From: Eledone cirrhosa
Lineage: Eukaryota
Assembly: GCA_964016885.1 (NCBI GenBank)
Contig: OZ024742.1
Coordinates: forward strand, 362,328,001 to 362,392,000
Direction of reading: 5' to 3'
DNA length: 64,000 nucleotides
The position numbers and the translations under genes are program-made. Within the stretch, counting starts at the first letter, position 1. The number at the start of each line of letters is the position of its first letter. Below, piece by piece: positions 1 to 14,600 of this stretch. The notes beneath the pieces are model-generated. The model made no database searches. It was given only the letters and a program-made list of their open reading frames with translations, and was not told where the DNA came from.

Positions 1-269
1 TCCCTCACCATGCCATGATGTCTTACCTCACCATACAAGTGTAATAAGACAGTCGTTACATTGGCGTATATTGGACATTTTAAATCGGGTGGATTTCATC
101 CCTCTTGATGTTTGACTACAGCAGATTTCCACCATATATATATATATTTATATATATATAAATTAGGGCGTATTCAGATTCATACTGGTTAGAACAGAAT
201 TAATAGCAATCAAAATTGTGACCAAATCTTCAAACGCTTATTTGAGTTTGTCATACATATTGATATCAT

Positions 270-413
270 CTAGGGTGTGGTAAAAATCCAGGTGGACCAG
301 AGTACTCGATACTTGGGGTAGTAGAGTGGGCAATATGAAATGATTCAGGACCCCGACGGCTAGCTCTCGAAACGGCCGGCGCTCAGCCGTCGGGCTCCTG
401 AATCTTTTCATAT
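270..413. mobile_element. Penelope-like terminal fragment ending in a fold-back hairpin (same family as 46265-46434)
   Basis: Inverted arms 333-361 and 385-413. Contains GAAA-CGGC..GCCG-TC (hammerhead helix III and cleavage-site-like). Abuts (TA)n. Upstream 'gtactc.atactt.gggtagtagagtggg.aat' is shared with 46310-46343. Confidence 0.5.
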
Positions 414-510
414 ATATATATAGAGAGAGAGAGATGAAAAACTCAAATAGGCGTCTGAAATTAGGTCACACACAATTTTGATTCCTATTACATTCTGCAG
501 AAAGGTCAAT

Positions 511-513
<3 letters not shown>

Positions 514-581
<68 letters not shown>

Positions 582-603
582 GAGAAAGAGAGAGAGAGGG
601 GGA

Positions 604-668
<65 letters not shown>
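514..668. repeat. (GA)n microsatellite
   Basis: Direct reading. Confidence 0.95.
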
Positions 669-673
<5 letters not shown>

Positions 674-850
674 AATAAATAAATAAATATATAAGAGTTC
701 ATTCTCCAGTCTCCTTCTCAACAAGGAAAATGAAAAAATACTTACCTCTTAATTTTAAATCTTTAATCTTTAGTTTTTAATTCTTATTAATTCTTTTTAA
801 TTGTAATACTCAACATTTGATAAGATAAATTTTACTAATATACCGTTTCC

Positions 851-1465
851 CTGAGGCTCGGCCTCCGGATCTGCCAGCCACACCAATGTCGCTGCGGTTC
901 CACCGTGGACTCTTTCGGCCTCCAGCCGCTTTCCTATCGCCACAGTGCTGGCCGCATTCCACGCCATGCTGCCCTCAACAAGGTCATTAAGCATGGCTTG
1001 GACGCTGCAGGCTTTCCCTCCCAGCTCGAGCCGGTGGGGCTGGATCGAGAGGATGGCAAAAGGCCAGATGGCATGACCATCTTCCCGTTCCGCGGTGACA
1101 AACCCCTCGTCTGGGATGCCACTTGCACCGACACTTTCTGCAGCCGCAACCTGGTGTACTCTGCGACTGACCCAGGTTCTGCTGCACGACTGGCTGGGGG
1201 GGCCAAACTCCTCAAATACCGGTCGCTCTCCGACAGGTTTGCGGTCGTACTCCTGGCAGTGGAGACTTCTGGTGTCCTCGGCCCCAGGGCTACCTCCTTA
1301 CTCACCACCATAGGCACTGAGCTGGGCAGCCGCAGGTGTGAGCCCCGCGAGTTGGAGTGGCTCTTCCAGCGCGTCGCCCTCGCCGTCCTCCGGGGAAACG
1401 CCTTCTCCATTCTGTCCGCCGGGGCTGTAGGTGGGTCCTATCGCGTACCGTTGTACTTGTTGTAG
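851..1465 (+). mobile_element. 5'-truncated CRE-like non-LTR retrotransposon, C-terminal Zn-finger and RLE domain
   Basis: In-frame LRLGLRICQPHQCRCG (from 851), RHAALN, RPDG, VWDATCTDT, AVETSG and final RGNA. GC-rich island with AATAAA at ~1526. Confidence 0.8.
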
Positions 1466-1680
1466 AAGAAACAGAAGGACATGATCTAATCTAATATGTT
1501 TGGCAATGGTTTTGGGTGTCACAACAATAAAGGATATTTATATACATTATAAAACTCTTCTTTAAAAGAATTTTCCCTCTCATTTTTTCAATAATGTCAC
1601 TTTGAGAAAGGAAAAACAAAAGGAAAACAGACCCTAAAATATATTTTCCCTGCTATTCCAACTTCACCTTTTCTCCCCCC

Positions 1681-1751
<71 letters not shown>

Positions 1752-1892
1752 TTCCTTTGATAATTTGTAATATTTTTACATAGATCTATATGATATACAT
1801 ACCAACACACATATACATCCCAGAAACGATGGTAAAATTATGAATGTTTTAATATAAGGAACTTGTTCTTTGTTTTTATTTTATTGTTTTTA

Positions 1893-1940
<48 letters not shown>

Positions 1941-2008
1941 GAGAGAGAGAGAGAGAGAGGGAGAGGGGGGGGGCGAACGAGAAAGAGAAAGGGAGACTGT
2001 GTAATATA

Positions 2009-2241
2009 GAATGGTTTCTTTATTGACCACAAGGGCTGACATAAAAAAGACATTACAGACGGCACAGAACGGTACGGGACAATACAAAGTGGGTCTTGTT
2101 CGTGTAAAAAAGGTTATAACAAAAACAACATAAACAAGTTAAGAAATTCGAACAACAAAAACTCCCCAATAGGAGGGAAACTTCCGAAGGTCACTCGTGG
2201 CGAAAACCACACAAAAGACCACGGCCACCCTGACCCACTCC

Positions 2242-2243
<2 letters not shown>
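2009..2243 (-). mobile_element. 3'UTR fragment of a Tx1-like LINE related to 15970-22020
   Basis: Reverse complement aligns to 21810-22020 (ggtcagg..gtggtctttt, cctattgggga, ttttacacg, cccttgtgg..aataaagaaa). Flanked by duplicated gagactgtgta(a)tatagaat. Confidence 0.75.
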
Positions 2244-2280
<37 letters not shown>

Positions 2281-2445
2281 GTATATAGAATAAAAGTTGA
2301 CCCCAGTATTAGCTTTACCAACCCGAAAAGGAGGAAAGTGGTCATCTGCTTAATCTGAACACAAGTTGCAGAGAGACAGAAGAAATTTTGCAAATAATTC
2401 TATACGATATTTTAACGATTCTGCGCATTGACAGCCTACATAATA

Positions 2446-2629
2446 GTTTCTACTTTTGGCACAAGGCCAGCAATTACCCAGTACATTACTGGTACTTTAT
2501 TTTATCGTACCTGTAAGGAGGAAAGGCAAAGTTAACCTCGGCGGGATTTGAACTCAGACCTTAAAGGGACGTAACTATGCTAGAAAGCATGGCGTCCAAC
2601 CCTCTACCGATACTGCCAATTCACCGCCA
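2446..2629 (-). mobile_element. tRNA-derived SINE with Nin-like central domain
   Basis: Reverse complement has A-box tggcagtatcggt, B-box gttcaaatccc, ctttgcctttc.tcctt central domain and 3' ggccttgtgccaaaagtagaaac. More than 10 copies in the window. Confidence 0.85.
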
Positions 2630-3824
2630 ATAGCGATAGACAGCCTACATAATATTATACAAACTGAGACGTCAACCTTAAATTTTGTAATTGTTCTGAT
2701 AACTAGAGCATGCGCAGTTCATATCTTGCATGTTGCTTTTCTTTATTAATTTATTTATTTTAATTCTGGATCAATTTTATAGTGAAATGATTTTCTCATA
2801 TATAATACTGAGAGTGATAGTCTTTTAAAACCACCAAATTACTATAAAGGAATACATTAATAATTTGTTGACAGCGAAGTGTTAGCCACTAGAACAACAG
2901 TGATTCGTGCTCTGTGTCCCTCCTCTTTGCTCTCTCTCAGTTCAAATTGCCTCGAGGTTAATTGTACTTTTCATCATTTTGGTGTCAATAAATAAATGGT
3001 TAGTTCAGTATAGAGATCGATTCTTCTCCTATTACATTCTCTCCCTTCTATGGAGTACATCGGCTATACCCAGAACTGGTGAGTGATTGGTTCCTGCAAG
3101 TTTAAAATGCTTTTCCAGCTGTGACTCCATCAGAAGAACATTGGTTCATGGTTGAACTGATCTATAGTTTACTGTAAAACATCTCATGTTGGATAGTTTA
3201 TCGAGGGTGTATGACTGATCTAACATTGGTTTGCCGTATATTGATAGATACTGGCTATTATTTGGAAACCGTTTTAAAATAATCATGAATTTCTCATTAT
3301 CATTTTTTAAATATAACTTAACAAAGGACTTAACATAATATTATGATGGAAGATTTTTAGATAACTATAAACCCTTTAAAACAAATAGTTTAATATTGTA
3401 TAATTAAGGTGGATTGCTATCAATATGGTTAATGCCGCATGTAGATATGGTACGTCAAATAAAATCGTAATTGACAATATGCATAGAATTGAAGAGGGAC
3501 TGTGTTACACTGTCTTCTGTAATCAGTAACGTAATCCATGATACATTAAAAAAAGACGATATTATATATAAACTGCATTACGGTGAAACGTAAGGAAAAC
3601 GAAAAAGGAGAACATTAGCGACGGAAATATAAACCTCATATAACGATGTAAGCATATGAATGGTTATATGTGATATAGTGTCCATTATATCATAACCGGA
3701 AGTATTGACATTTGAAAATTCTAAAAGAAGTGAATCTTGAAACAAGCAATTATTTATATTTAATCAAGAGTTACGAAATTTAGTACATACATTATGTAAT
3801 ATTCATTCATTATTTATTCAAAGT

Positions 3825-4013
3825 GCGGTGGATTGGCAGTGTCGGTGTAGGGTCAGTCACTATGTTTTGCAGCAGAGAGTTACGCCCCTTTACGATCTGA
3901 GTTCAAATGCCGCTGAGGTTAACTTTGCCTTTCATCCTTACGGGGTCGATAAAATAAAATACCAGTAATGCACTGGGATAATTGCTGGCCTTGTGCCAAA
4001 AGTAGAAACCATT
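3825..4013 (+). mobile_element. tRNA-derived SINE (same family)
   Basis: tggcagtgtcggt...gttcaaatgcc...ctttgcctttcatccttacggggtcgataaaat...ggccttgtgccaaaagtagaaaccatt. Confidence 0.85.
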
Positions 4014-4104
4014 TTTTATTCAAAGAAATCCAACTTATTTTACTAACGGTATAAAAAAATATATTCAGGACACAGTCCCGCACTCCTCCCTTTATTATAT
4101 TATG

Positions 4105-4226
4105 ATTCAGGTGTGACGCATGTTTCGCGATTGATCAGCTCAAGGTAAAATCCGTGTCAATTGGGACATATCGGTACGGTTCGTACTTTGAGCTGATCAA
4201 TTGCGAAACACGCGTCACACCTGAAT
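4105..4226. repeat. Inverted repeat with ~39 bp arms, probable Penelope-like end
   Basis: attcaggtgtgacgcatgtttcgcgattgatcagctcaa (4105-4143) versus ttgagctgatcaattgcgaaacacgcgtcacacctgaat (4188-4226). Confidence 0.85.
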
Positions 4227-4303
4227 AGACTTAATGATGATACTTTGAATCCCCGTTCCCACTCATTATATACCAATATCTATATCTATCTATCGCTATA
4301 TAT

Positions 4304-4733
<430 letters not shown>

Positions 4734-5117
4734 GTATATATATATATATGCGCGTTTATGTGTATGTGCGTGTGTGTGAGCGTGATATATACAGATATAT
4801 ACATATATATATTGACACTTGGTTTCTTTTTAGAGATGTTTATGTGATGAAAAAGACAGCTAGACACATGGAAGATAATAACATGATTTTATAAGCGTTA
4901 TCTACCCTTTGATGTGCTATTTAATTAAAAACATGCTCTACAATGATATGTCTTTAAACTTCTAATAGAGTCACTCAAACAACTGACCATCTCTATTGTA
5001 TTTCTGTTGCACAGAAATGGTTCTCTCTCTTCTTCTCTCTCTATATATACATATAAATACAGACGCACACACTTAATATACATATATATATATATATATA
5101 TGTGTGTGTGTATATAT

Positions 5118-5171
<54 letters not shown>

Positions 5172-5568
5172 TATATATGTGTGTGTGTGTATATATATAT
5201 ATTAACATACAAAACACACAGACACATACTTGTACATATATGTGTGTATGATTATATGTGTTTACTTGTGTATGTATGATGTGTGTATTGTGCGTGTGTA
5301 ATAGAATACGCCATAAATTGGCAGAAATCAAACGTATATAAATAGCTGCCTTATCGATTTATTATATTTTCATCGATTAAGTTATTGTGAAGAATATTTA
5401 ATTTTTCCGTTCATATTTACAGTCTATTTCCATTAAAAGAAGAACAAAACGAAACAAAAAAAAAGGAACGTTTTCAGTCTTCATACTTTTGTCTCTATAT
5501 TTTGAATTGATTATATTTCTAACCGAATTCTTTATTTTTGCGTCATTAAAATGTCTTTTATTTTCCAG

Positions 5569-5626
5569 GATTGTTTTTGGAAACTATGAAAGGGAAATGC
5601 TTTATAGAATTCTTCATTACCAAACG
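5569..5626 (+). CDS. Candidate 58-nt host-gene exon (product unknown)
   Basis: Acceptor ttttattttccag, donor CG|gtatgt. Two open frames (LFLETMKGKCFIEFFITK or IVFGNYEREMLYRILHYQT) in non-repetitive sequence. Confidence 0.4.
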
Positions 5627-6111
5627 GTATGTCTGTGTGGCTACGAAGTTCTTTTCACAACCACTTGGATGAATGGATAAGTCTTATTGTGTTCCAACTT
5701 TGGTAAATAACCTCTACTCTCTCACCCTCTCTCGACAATTCCGTTATTGTAACGACAAACCCGAATTACAATAACACTGAATTAGCGAGCCTTCCCCGAA
5801 ATGAATCCATCCTCTGTTCTCTATTCTCTGTTTCTGTTCGTTGTAATCTACACCTGATGAAATCACCTAAGTTTTGCATCATGATTAGAATATCTAACTA
5901 GGCCATTCAAATAAGTATAATGTTGCGTAACATTAAAACTCAAAAGAATCTTCCAGTCCAGCCTTGTGGACTCTATTCCTGCACCAGCTATTGGATTCCA
6001 CATCGACGATGCATGATTTGCATTACGTCCAGTTATTTAATTTATTGCATAAATTATTCTCCAACAGCAATGACCAGTTCTACTCATTGGTAAACAACTC
6101 AACACAAATGG

Positions 6112-6174
<63 letters not shown>

Positions 6175-6179
<5 letters not shown>

Positions 6180-6717
6180 GGCGTGGCAATAAAGTTTTTA
6201 GAATAGTAGGCTGTATGCCGTATATAGCAGTAAATGTAGTTAATATTAGTTGAATTTGAACTTTGTTGTACGCGTGTGATATTCTGTACGAATGCTGTAT
6301 TTTGTCACAGGTCCATACATAATTATTTTGCCGTCATTCTTGTGAGTTTATAATACACGGATCAAAAACTGCTCAATCCACAAAAGAATTTTTCCAGAGG
6401 AGAAAAGTTGTAATGATCAAACAATCACCCCATATTCCTGACTTAATTTGTGCGATCGTTGTTTTCAAGTTATTGAAGCAACATCTTTGAAAATTTGTTT
6501 TCGCTTCATTAGAAGAGATGGTAGTTGAATCGTTGCGGTGGTTTCGTCAATTGCCGAAGGAACAGTTCCAGAAAGAAAAGAATGCTTGCATAAGGACTGT
6601 AAAGATGTTATTGCATTCAATGGAGATTATTTTTGGCAGAATAAATAAATTTTAGTTTCAATATGTTGTGCATTTTCATTTAAAGGGTTATTCTAAAGAC
6701 TTTATTGCAAAGGCCAA

Positions 6718-6720
<3 letters not shown>
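6175..6720 (+). mobile_element. Internally deleted, decayed mariner element
   Basis: ~30 bp TIRs (core gcaataaagtttttagaata 6186-6205 / tattctaaagactttattgc 6689-6708), (TA)n flanks, relic PYSPDL-like sequence at ~6425-6445 and C-terminal NGDYF at ~6618-6633. Confidence 0.8.
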
Positions 6721-7740
<1,020 letters not shown>

Positions 7741-9963
7741 ACTAACAGATTTAGCCGGCGTTGCTCGGGGTTTTAAATTATGCTAAGAATATACAGTTAG
7801 GAAGTAAAAGAAGAACATTATTTGTCCCCAACCTGTCAAAATAAGCAGAAGTCTTCAATAATTAATGCAAACGAATATTTAGTGCAATCTTTGTACACAT
7901 AAAACTATGTTGATAATGAAGGAAAACACTGAACAGGATGTAGTTATACAAATGATTAAATACAATACACGTTGCAAATCTGTAAAAAGAACAGGCAGTT
8001 TTGCTAAAGTACAAAAAGTTGTAATGAAAGCAGAGTTGTATACAAACCAAAAAACAATGAGAGTAGAATAAGAGAAAATCTATTCTTTGAGAGCACCCTT
8101 TGCTGGTATGGTTAAATTTTAAACTTATAATCCAAAATATCCTGCATGACATATTCATTGGTATGTTTTGTAATGGGTAAGGTGAAGTCAAGGCAGAGCT
8201 GTAATAAGTTTTTTTGTTAACACGAAAGCACTTCAGGATAGATGATATTCTTTGTTTTTCTTTTGGGAACAAACGCAAAGAGATTATCTCGACTGCCAAC
8301 TCGTGAGCAGGCAACGTAGAATTGTCCGTGCGAAAAGCAAGGTTCATCCAAGTGAATTCCAGTGACGGACAGAGTTTGACTTTGCGACTTTTTTATGGAC
8401 ATCGCAAAGGCAACACGAAGGGGAAATTGGGTTCGGCGAAAGGAGAAATGGAGTAACCACGCCTGATGTAGCCAGGTTAATTTTTGTTATTATCACATCC
8501 TCGCCTTTTCCACATGCGGATAGAATGGTAGCGTCAATACTAAGTGGAGACAGTTTTTTAACCACAAGGCGTGTACCATTGCATAGTTTTGGAGGAGTGA
8601 TATTTCTCAGCAAAATAACTGGTGTTCCCTCTTTCAGGACCAATGTATTAGGAGGTAAACCAGGGTGATTTAAATAATTTAGAAATTCAACAGGATAATT
8701 GACCGCATCCTGTGGATCACATACAGTATCAGTAGATTTATATATCCGTGGACATCCAGGAAGAAGCTGAAGAAGCTGATCGTTAATACAGCTAACCGTG
8801 ATATTTTTGGGTGCAAGAATGGCTCTTTCGCATAGCCAATCAAGATTCGTATAGTTAACACGCAAGTTCGGGAATACACTCGCCTTGAGATCATCGACAG
8901 TTTCAACTACATTGCAGATGTGATCAATTGCTATGTGTCCATCTGTATCCGGAGGTAGGTTACCATCTCCTATTGTAAGAATGTCTCCAGAAAATGTTGA
9001 TGACAGAAGGTGCAACCTTGCACGCATGTTGTCAGTTAGTCTTAATGATGTCACTTGTCGCCACAATGGTGAAGACTTAAGACATGCATTTACCACATCT
9101 GCTCTTGTTCTTTTCGGTATTATAGGAAGAGTCTGTCTGAAGTCTCCTGATAGCAGAAGGGTAACACCTCCCATAACATCACCGCAATCCCGTATGTCTT
9201 GCAAAGACCTGTCTAGTGCCTCAAGAGCATCTTTGTACGCCATTGTGCACTCATCCCAAACAATAAGGTGACACCTTCGCAGCAGATAAACCCTTTCGGA
9301 GTCTTTGATGATATGACAAGTAGGAGTTTCCAATTTTGACAAATCAAGGGGCAATTTAAAAACTGAATGTGCCGTCCTTCCACCAGGGAGCAAAGTTGCT
9401 GCCTTTCATATTTGTGTACTGTCTTTGCAGATCTTGCTGCAGCAGTATCTGTATCATCCACAGCAAGGCGTGTTTCACGTTGCTCTGTAGTCTCCCCAGC
9501 TCGTGCTGCAGCAGTTGCTTTAGCATTATTGGTTCGCCGCACTAACCGACACTCAGCGGCGGACAAAGATGTTGCAATAACTGTACTCACCGCATTTAGT
9601 GATTGTCTATTTTCGGTTATCGGAGCGTCATTTACATGCATTGTTTTCTTCGACCGATAGCCAATATGTGCATACCTTCTTTTACGAGGCCTATTTGGTG
9701 AAAAGGTTATCTCCCTTTTTTATAAGGATTGTCAATAAAGTTTGTTATCTCCCTTACATCAATTTTTCTACCGATAATTTTGATATCGATTTTTTATTGC
9801 TCAACGTGGGTCGATTTGAAAAAATTGTGATGTGACAATCTTAGCGACCTGTGCAACGTGCACAGAAAATTTGGTTAAATTCAATTGGTAATTGTGAAAG
9901 CCTTATGCATGCAAAGTTGTACACAGGCACACACACACATCCTCGCTTTTATATATATAAAGA
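7741..9963 (-). mobile_element. Helitron deletion derivative (N-terminus plus helicase, Rep domain lost)
   Basis: 5' TCTTTATATATATAAAA.. at 9963. 3' hairpin cccgagcaacgccggc plus TTAG at ~7741-7770. Internal PIF1-type helicase. Confidence 0.85.
8217..9393 (-). pseudogene. Helitron PIF1-family helicase, frameshifted
   Basis: LPGGRTAHSVFKLP, LIVWDECTM, GDFRQTLP, ILAPKN, LCNGTRL; then in another frame SIKKSQSQTL and FSHGQFYVACSRV. Confidence 0.9.
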
Positions 9964-10520
9964 TATAAAACTGAGGATGTCTGTCTGTGTGTGTAAATGT
10001 GTGTGTCTGTGAGTTTGAATCCCTAAAAAACGAGAAGTACCCAACCGATTTTTTGAACCCTAGGGCCCGCATTAGGTGAAAAACTGCATTTTTTCAGCTA
10101 TTGTTTTTTTTTAGACGTTATGTCTGACTGATATCCTTGAAATAGTATTAGTCAGTCTCTTCTTCATGCCGTGAGCAAAGAAAATCCAAATTTTTATGGC
10201 CTAGGGTCCGCATTAGGTGAAAAACTTTATTTTTTCCAGCTTTTTAGCGCTTTTTTGAGGCGTTACCTCTAGCCGATTTTCCCGAAATTTCAAGGCATAT
10301 TATGCACATAAAAAAAATTCATTTTCTTGATCTCCCAGGGCCCGCATTAGGTTAAAACCTGCAGTATTTTTACTGCTTCATCGAGGAAAATCTTAAAGAT
10401 TATCCAGCCATCGGAGTATTCGGTTTATTTTCTTTACATATTGTCTAGGCATGCAGTTTTTCCACGATTGGTCTGTTGGCGACCCGCGTTCCAAAATACC
10501 TTATCCCGTGCAACTGCTAG
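9964..10520 (+). mobile_element. Non-autonomous Helitron, head-to-head with the previous element, with three internal ~140 bp repeats
   Basis: tataaaactgaggatgtctgtctgt start. cc.aggg.ccgcattaggt.aaa at ~10058, 10200 and 10334. Ends cccgtgcaactgCTAG before (TA)n. Confidence 0.7.
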
Positions 10521-10544
10521 TATATATATATATATATATATATA

Positions 10545-10640
<96 letters not shown>

Positions 10641-10794
10641 CGTGTGCGTACATATATTTATATTATATATAAGCATATTTAAGCACACATATGTATACAT
10701 TAAAAATTAAAAAAATACTATTGAACGACGCAAATGTTTTGAGTGAAATATTTTATGACACAACCAATGAAGCGTTTATACATGTTCACATTTA

Positions 10795-11104
10795 TACGAG
10801 GTGTGAAGTACTGATGGTAGAGCTGTGAAGTATTGGATGTATTTCAATTATTCTTATTGTCAACTGCATTGTTTGTTTCCAGGAATTATGTTGAAAAATT
10901 AAACCCATTTGGTCATTCCATGAGAGTATCTTGGGTCAGCTTATGAAGGAGTGATGTTAGAGCTGTGAAATCGTGTATGCATCAATTTCAACTCTTATTA
11001 ACAACGCATTGTTTTTTTACAGGGACTATGTTCAAAAGTAAAACTCATTTGGTCATTTCATGAGAGTATCTTGGTTAAGTCATGAACTTTTCAGCCGACT
11101 CTCT
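10795..11104. mobile_element. Mariner-type MITE (decayed copy of 60821-61178)
   Basis: tacgagg start, atgaacttttcagccgactctc end, two internal copies of the tgatg.tagagctgtgaa...catttggtcatt.catgagagtatcttgg unit. Confidence 0.65.
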
Positions 11105-11482
11105 TCTATAGTAATAAAAAAATCCCATTGAACAACTCAAACGTTTTGCGTGAAATATTTTATGACAGAAACCCCCTTCAAATGAACTATTCCTATTTTA
11201 ATGTGCTAGGTGTAATTTGCACTAAAATGTAAATATTTCTATCTATTGCATAGATGATGATATAGCAATGGTATTTCCTAAATAACAGGTTTTATGAAAC
11301 ATTGAAATGTCACGTTTATAACAACCTAACATTTGCTTCCATTGAATTATTTACATTTATGGAACCAAATATTTCTCATTGAACACTCAAAATCACATCC
11401 CAAGGATTTATATGTAAAGTTCATTGCCATTAATGTATTTTATTAAAGAAATATAATTGCATATAATTAGGTTACGTAAATG

Positions 11483-11567
11483 TCTTCTTCTTCTTCTTCT
11501 TCTTCTTCTTCTTCTTCTTCTTCTTCTTCTTCTTCTTCTTCTTCTTCTTCTTCTTCTTCTTCTTCTT

Positions 11568-11630
<63 letters not shown>

Positions 11631-11641
11631 GTTATTATTAT
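11483..11641. repeat. Compound (CTT)n(ATT)n microsatellite; target and tail of the R4/Dong element
   Basis: Direct reading. Confidence 0.95.
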
Positions 11642-14600
11642 TCCTTGAATCTCAGTCATTGATGTTGGTTAACTGGAAAGTCCGTTGGATTGAATATCAA
11701 GCCACTACCTGCAGCCTCAGATATTCAGGACGTATCGGAGGGTTCTTGCCGTTCCAAGCAAGCATGCCTTTTGAAGCGTTCCAAAAAGCGTGAAGGGGCC
11801 GATTTTCTTTAACCATCCCTGGAAACCTTTGGAGATAGTCCCCAGTGCGCCTATGACAATCGGGATCACTTTGACTTCATGGCAGTTCCAAATCCTTTTC
11901 ACCTCCCACTTTAGGTCCTGGTATCGGTTAATTTTCTCCCTCTCCTTCTCTTGCACTCTCGTGTCGAACGGGCAGGCCACATCCACAATCAGGCACGATC
12001 TTTTTTCTTTGTCCACAACCACCAGGTCAGGTCTATTGTGTTCCAGTTTTTTGTCCGTCTGTATCCTAAAATCCCACAGCACCTTCACCTGACTGTTCTC
12101 CATCACCGCCTCTGGCCTATGCTCATACCATTTCTCAGAATGTGGTAGATTGTTTACTTTGCACAGGTGCCAGTGGATCACCCTGCCCATCACATCGTGT
12201 CTCCAGCCCTTATAGTGGGTCTGGGCTAGGTGTTTACACTCGGACACAATGTGGGCCACAGTCTCCTCTCTCTCTCCACAGATCCTGCACAGTGGGCTAG
12301 CCTCCTCCTTGTAGATATGGTGCTTCAACCACTTCGTTTTGAGGGCCTGCTCCTGCGCAGCCATTAGCATTCCTTCTGTAGCCTTTTTGAGGTCTCCTCT
12401 TCTCAACCAGTTCCATGTCTGTGGATCTCTAAATTCAGTTTTCTCAAAGAAGGTACTATGAAGGGATTTTCCCTTAAGGCTGCTCTTCCTCCTTGATGTT
12501 ATTTCCTCCTTGGATATCCCCTGGCCTACTGTCCCCTCCTTCAGTACAGCTCTGAGCATTGGCTCCTTACTATAGGTCACGTATTTGTATAGGTTGTTTT
12601 TCTCCATCTGAACACAGTCCTCTATGCTGATAAGACCTCTTCCACCCTCAGATCTCCTTAGGTAGAGTCTATCGACATCACTCCTCTTGTGGAACATGTT
12701 GTAGATAGTCAATAGCTTCCTAGTCTTCCTATCCATTTCTTTTTGTTCAGCAACATTCCATCTCAGAATTCCCGCACTGTACCTAATAATAGACACAGCT
12801 CGGGAATTTACTGCGCTTATGGCATTTCTGCTGTTCAGATGTGACTTCAATACGCTCCTTACTCTCCGAATGTATTCAGTTCTTAACAATTCCTTCATTT
12901 TTTTGTTCTTTATGCCATCAGCCTCCAGAACGCCCAAATACTTGTATCCTTCCTCAGAGTCAATTTCCTTTATCATCTCACCTGTTGGTATCTGGATCCC
13001 GTTACTTCTGCTCAACCTATCCCTCCTCATCACAATGACTCCACATTTACCAATACCAAACTGCATACATATATCACTGCTGAAAATACGGACAGTGTCA
13101 ACAAGCACATCCAACTCCTTCTCACTTTTCCCGAAGAGCTTAAGATCGTCCATGAAGAGGAGGTGATTGATGGTAAGCTCTCCCCTTCCCAACTTGTATC
13201 CTGCTCTCACTTTTCGCAGCATAATGGTCAAGGGCATCAGGGCAAGGACAAACAACAGAGGGGACAGGCTATCTCCCTGGAAGATACCTCTCTTGATCTT
13301 CACGCTTCCCAAGGATACTCCAGTTGATGTCAACTCTGTCTCCCAGGACCCCATACTCCTGCCCAGCAACTGTCTGATGTTATCTGCCACCCTGAAGATC
13401 TCCAGGCTTTTGGTGATCCAGGAATGAGGCACCATGTCAAATGCCTTTCTGTAGTCTATCCATCCCATGGCAAGATCAGTGTGTCTCCTCCTGCAATTCC
13501 CCATTACCATCTTATCAATAAGCAACTGGTCCTTTGTACCACGTGACTTCTTTCGGCATCCTTTCTGTTCGTCCGGTAACAAGTTGTTTGTGTGGAGGTG
13601 ATGGTAGATTTCCTCAGACACAATGCTCGTCAACAGTTTCCACATTACGGGCAGACATGTGATAGGTCTATAGTTGGTAACATCATTACCCTTGATTCGG
13701 TCTTTCATTATCAGAACTGTGGTACCTTTTGTCAACCACTCTGGCACCTCACCCGACACCAAGCAGTCATTGAACATGGCCGTCAGCTTCGGGTGGAGGG
13801 ATGTTAAATGTTTAATCCAATACCCCTGCACACCATCTGGGCCTGGTGATTTCCAGTTGGTTAGTTTTTTGGCTTGCCCCTTAAGAGTTTCAACTGTGAT
13901 ACTCAAATCAGTCTGTTGTTGTGCCTGCTCACCGATCTCCCTCTGTACTGTCTCAATCCACCCTGCCTGGGCATTGTGTCTAACATCCTGCTCCCATATT
14001 CCTCTCCAGAATGTTTTAGCTTGTTCCGCCCCAGGGATCAAGTCGTTGCCTCTTTCTTTCCCCTCAAGCTGTCCAAACAGCATCTTCTGGTTGTTGTCGA
14101 ACATGCGGTTCTGTTTATACTGACTGACTCTGTTCTCGTATCGCCTGATTTTGGCACTCTTTGCTACAATGCGTTGCTTCAATTCCTCTATGATAATATT
14201 TAGCTTTTTACTCCTAGTTTTGTATTTTATTTCCAGTCTATTTTTAGTGCCTATGTTTTTTAGTGTCCCATTCAGTAGTGACTCAAGCTTTCCTATGTCA
14301 TTTCTCATTTCCCCGATTTGCCCACTCAGTCGCTTCTTCCACCACGGCTCTGCTCTTTCTTGTCTGTTGTTTCCTCTCGCTTTTATACCAAGTAGTTTCC
14401 TCACCGTATTTGCTGTTGCTTTGAGGATATTGTTGCACTGGTGAAGACTCCTCGCCTCAAGGTATGGGATGACTTTGTTTACCTTAGCTGTTGTTTCTTT
14501 TAACTTTTTCCTGTCTACAAATCTTAGGTTCATAGGTCTCCCACTATCATTGTTCAACTCATCCACCACTAAATTTAGGATGTCAACCGAATCTTGTCCT

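Noticed and set aside
3079-3175. gtgagt donor and ttttccag acceptor pair
   Set aside because: Implied 40 nt intron with no consistent open frame or upstream acceptor.
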